From contig NW_021823895.1 in NCBI RefSeq assembly GCF_006345805.1, positions 1 to 20,780 of the forward strand: a DNA stretch of 20,780 bases, read 5' to 3'. Made by a program: the position numbers and the translations under genes. Position 1 is the first letter of the stretch; each line of letters starts with the position of its first letter. Shown here piece by piece: positions 17,362 to 20,780 of this stretch. The stretch comes from Octopus sinensis. Lineage: Eukaryota. The notes beneath the pieces are model-generated. The model was not told the DNA's origin. It worked only from the letters and a program-made list of their open reading frames with translations, and made no database searches.

Positions 17362-17496
17362 AAGGAGCTTCTACAGGACTAGAACTGTTTCATTCAAAAT
17401 AAATCGATGATTTCTTTTGAATGAAACAGTTACTCTGCTAGGTATTGAGTACCTTATTTAACTGTGGTTAACCCCGACTCAACCGGGACCTACCTA

Positions 17497-17543
<47 letters not shown>

Positions 17544-17655
17544 TATTATATATTTATATTATATATTCATATATATTATATATTCATATATATCATATAT
17601 ATTATATATATATATATTATATATTATATTATATATATATATATATATATATTAT

Positions 17656-17686
<31 letters not shown>

Positions 17687-17720
17687 ATATATGATAAACA
17701 ATGACGTTAGCTATTAAACG

Positions 17721-17945
17721 TGTGTAAAATGTGGAAGGATGTGCTTCTCAGTTGGAGATCTAAAAAGACATGTTAAGAGAGTGCGTATGGTGGCACCTGT
17801 GTCTCCTGCCAGTCAGCACAGTTGTCTACAATGTAATAAAATGAGTAAAAGCGTGACTGGGCTATAAAATCATATAAGGGCATCACTTATCATTCTGTTG
17901 CCCCTCTGCGATCAGTGAGGGACCTCCGTGGAACGAGGGCCTTAT
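17721..17945 (+). pseudogene. Degenerate tandem C2H2 zinc-finger coding remnant (LINE 3' end or ZNF fragment)
   Basis: The frame starting at 17721 gives CVKCGRMCFSVGDLKRHVKRVR..CLQCNKMSKSVTGL*NHIRAS. That is two C-x2-C-x9-L-x2-H units, with an in-frame TAA at 17865-17867. Confidence 0.6.
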
Positions 17946-18489
17946 TTTATAATACTATCGAAGCGATTTCCTAATAAATTTATATAAAAAAAAAATACTT
18001 TTCAGATCAATTTCCAATGCCCTTCAGCCCTTGTTTCTTTTTCTGTTCTTTTCTTCTTATGAGAATGTTTGGTTTTGTATTCTGTCACTAGGTGTCTCTT
18101 TACTATTTGCATTCTTTTAGTTGTTTATTAAAGCAATTTAAGATTTTTGTTCTTCTTCTCATAAGAATTTTCATTTTTCTGAGAATTATCATTTTGTCCT
18201 AGAATTGTGTATTTCGGCAATTTGATCCTTGTTTGTCGCTTCATAAGAATTTTTCTTTCTCTGGAAATGATATTTTAATGTATTTTCACATTCCTTTCTG
18301 AAACAACTTTAATACATATGGCGAGTATTACTGGCCTTAACTGCTTGGTTTATATGACATTGTTTTCCAGAGAGCGACTTTCGAAATCAGTTATGTTTGA
18401 CAATCTATTTTCACTCGATTTCCAGTCAACGCTTTAGAAGTTCGAGTTCGATTAAGAAAGGAGTAGTTTCTACAAGTTACAGGCCTCCT

Positions 18490-18535
<46 letters not shown>

Positions 18536-18540
18536 TTCTT

Positions 18541-18579
<39 letters not shown>
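18490..18579. repeat. (CT)n microsatellite
   Basis: Direct reading. Confidence 0.95.
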
Positions 18580-18659
18580 GAATTTACATACCAATAAAGT
18601 CATGGAATGGGTCATCAAGGGAATTTAATTACCATTGTAGAAGAAAATGATTTACTGAG

Positions 18660-18984
18660 CACTCCGTCGGTTACGACGACGAGAGTCCCAGCTGATACGA
18701 TCAATGGAACAGCTTGCTCGTGAAATTAACGTGCAAGTGACTGAGCACTCCACAGACACGCGTACCCCTAACGTAGTTCTCAGGGAGATTCAGCGTGACA
18801 CAAAGTGTGACAAGGCCGGCCCTTTGAAATACAGGTACAACTCATTTTTGCCAGCTGAGTGGACTGGAGCAATAAAGTGAAATAAAGTGACTTGCTCAAG
18901 GACACAACGCGCCGCCGGGAATCGAACTCACGACCTTACAATCGTGAGCCGAATGCCCTAACCACTAAGCCACGCGCCTTCACT
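18660..18984 (-). mobile_element. Full-length tRNA-derived SINE with 9-bp TSD
   Basis: Minus-strand head GAAGGCGCGTGGCTTAGTGGTTAGG..GAGTTCGATTCCC, central GTGTCCTTGAGCAAG domain, and a tail matching the 1438 SINE. TTTACTGAG at 18651-18659 and 18985-18993. Confidence 0.92.
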
Positions 18985-19835
18985 TTTACTGAGTGGCACA
19001 ATGTATGGATTACGTTTCGAAGAAGCTGCCTCACAAAATTCCAGTCAGCGCTTCGGAAGTTCTTGTAAGGGGTTAATCTTTAACCTCCTATCGCTATACA
19101 TTGTAAGTTCTGCAAGAACATGGTGTAAGAAAGTGGGCGGCATCCCGTTCACGTGATGAGTGAGTTTCGTGTTAATTGTGAAGCAGTGATATCAAATGTT
19201 GTTGCCGCTGGCTGTGTGGAGGGGTATTATTTGTTCTACGAACAAGAAGGTCAAACAGAGATTTTGCTTGTCTTTGTTCATGCAGTGACATTCCTGAGAG
19301 GAATAGGTCTGCCCCCGGTTCGGAAATTCGTGTGTTAAAGCCACTCAGGGATAGTACATTAATGAGGTAGTCTACTTTTACTAATAGCTTTTATATCTCT
19401 CATAAGCTATCTTCAAATTTACCATCATGATTTCAGATATGATTGTTTGCCAACATAATGTGGCAGTCCTGGTTAGGACGCATGTTACTGTTATTTAGCC
19501 CCAGGAAACATCGTATCCGGATGGCTATACGACACACTATCTGTGTCCTTATATTTTCGAACAAGGGAGTTTGGCGTCCCCACTCAGCACAAAGCAATAT
19601 CTGCGTATCGCGGTCTCTGGGTTATTTCCCTTTGTCAGCACAGAATAACTGCTCGGCTAGAGATGGCGCTGCTAAACTCTTGTGTTGAGACCGATTGTGT
19701 TCTCAATAGTCTGCATGACATATTCCTCACATACGATGCCAGCTAGTCCTGGTTGTCGGTCGAATCTTCGTTGTTCCTTCTTGATTCTGTCTATCTGGTT
19801 TAGAAATGACTCGACAAGGGCACAAGAACATATAT

Positions 19836-20246
19836 ACTCTTTACTCTTTACTCTTTTACTTGTTTCAGTCATTTGACTGGGCCATGCTGGAGCACCGCCT
19901 TTAATCGAGCAACTCGACCCCGGGACTTATTCTTTTTAAGCCAGTATTATTCTATCGGTCTCTTTTGCCGAACCGCTAAGTAACGGGGACATAAAACACA
20001 CCAGCATCGGTTGTCAAGCAATGCTAGGGTGACAAACACAGACACACAAACACACACATGCATATATACATATACATATATACGACGGGCTTCTTTTCAG
20101 TTTCCGTCTACCAAATCCACTCACAAGACTTTGGTCGGCCCGAGGCTATAGTAGAAGACACTTGCCCAAGGTGCCACGCAGTGGGACTGAACCCGGAACC
20201 ATGTGGTTGGTAAACAAGCTACTTACCACACAGCCACTCCTGCGCC
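19836..20246 (-). mobile_element. tRNA-derived SINE with CORE-like domain, internal microsatellite and (AGAGTAA)n tail
   Basis: Minus-strand head GGCGCAGGAGTGGCTGTGTGG..GGGTTCAGTCCC, then GGCACCTTGGGCAAGTGTCTT, an internal (TA)/(TG) tract and a tandem AGAGTAA tail. Confidence 0.85.
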
Positions 20247-20780
20247 ATAGCCACTCCTGCGCCATTCATCTCTTTTTGAACCATCGACCTGTGGAATCCA
20301 TAACTTTTCAAGGTGTCTGCAATTACATTATTAGGCAGAGATTGTTCGACCGAAATCAATGCCATTATATTTGCCAGTTTCCTCTCACCTTTTTTTAAAA
20401 TGTTCATTGTCGTTGTTTAGCTTTTGATAAAGTTAAGCAGTGTAAATCTAATGATAGACTTTCTCTTTTCCGTCAACGAAAAGTGTTTATCTTTGTTGGG
20501 TAAGACAAAGAAAGAAAGTAGGTGAGAGAGAGGCGGGGGAAAAGAGAAAACATCTTTTACTGCTTACGAAGAAGGAGCATTAGAAATAAAACAGATTTAA
20601 CTTTTTATCGGGATTTAAGTCCATCATTGTGAGTAACTTTACCTTTTTTTGTGAACAGAGAGATAAGAGAAAGAAGAAAAGAAAGAGAGAAAGAGAGAGA
20701 AAACTTATGTAAAGGAGAACAGAACTAATTTCGTCAGACAGAAAGTTTGTAAGGAAAAGAGGAAAGGAAAATTAAAAAAA

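Noticed and set aside
19000-19830. Moderately GC-richer unique stretch with several short ORFs on both strands
   Set aside because: No recognisable domain, consistent splice pattern or repeat termini. Possibly a decayed transposon, but it cannot be assigned without a search.

Overview
Eukaryotic genomic DNA that is AT-rich and dense in microsatellites. The SINE and microsatellite landscape looks like an octopod cephalopod such as Octopus (inference, not a database result). The only host gene is the 3' part of a + strand lipoxygenase-family gene. Nine GT-AG exons (721-817, 5967-6084, 7365-7457, 10078-10138, 11765-11870, 13050-13135, 13307-13489, 13934-14097, 15736-15850) splice in phase into 340 uninterrupted codons ending PNAISI*; the 5' exons lie upstream of the window. 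Most of these exons are missed by the ORF track, whose long ORFs are largely microsatellite or SINE artefacts. The introns and flank hold tRNA-derived SINEs, a full-length frameshifted mariner, a mariner MITE, non-autonomous Helitrons, an RTE-like LINE tail and several non-coding inserts embedded in (TA)n. Two observations stand out. (1) The lipoxygenase frame is intact, but the second iron-ligand His is Arg and the adjacent conserved Glu is Gln (HQSVVHLGLTRLLMQ), making it a candidate pseudoenzyme. (2) A ~555-bp non-coding unit in intron 1 is arranged as a partial tandem plus inverted array and carries a type I hammerhead-ribozyme fold with a palindromic stem III (retrozyme or Penelope-like). 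Three other (TA)n-embedded inserts carry variant minimal hammerhead cores. All folds and alignments were done by eye and need computational and experimental confirmation.
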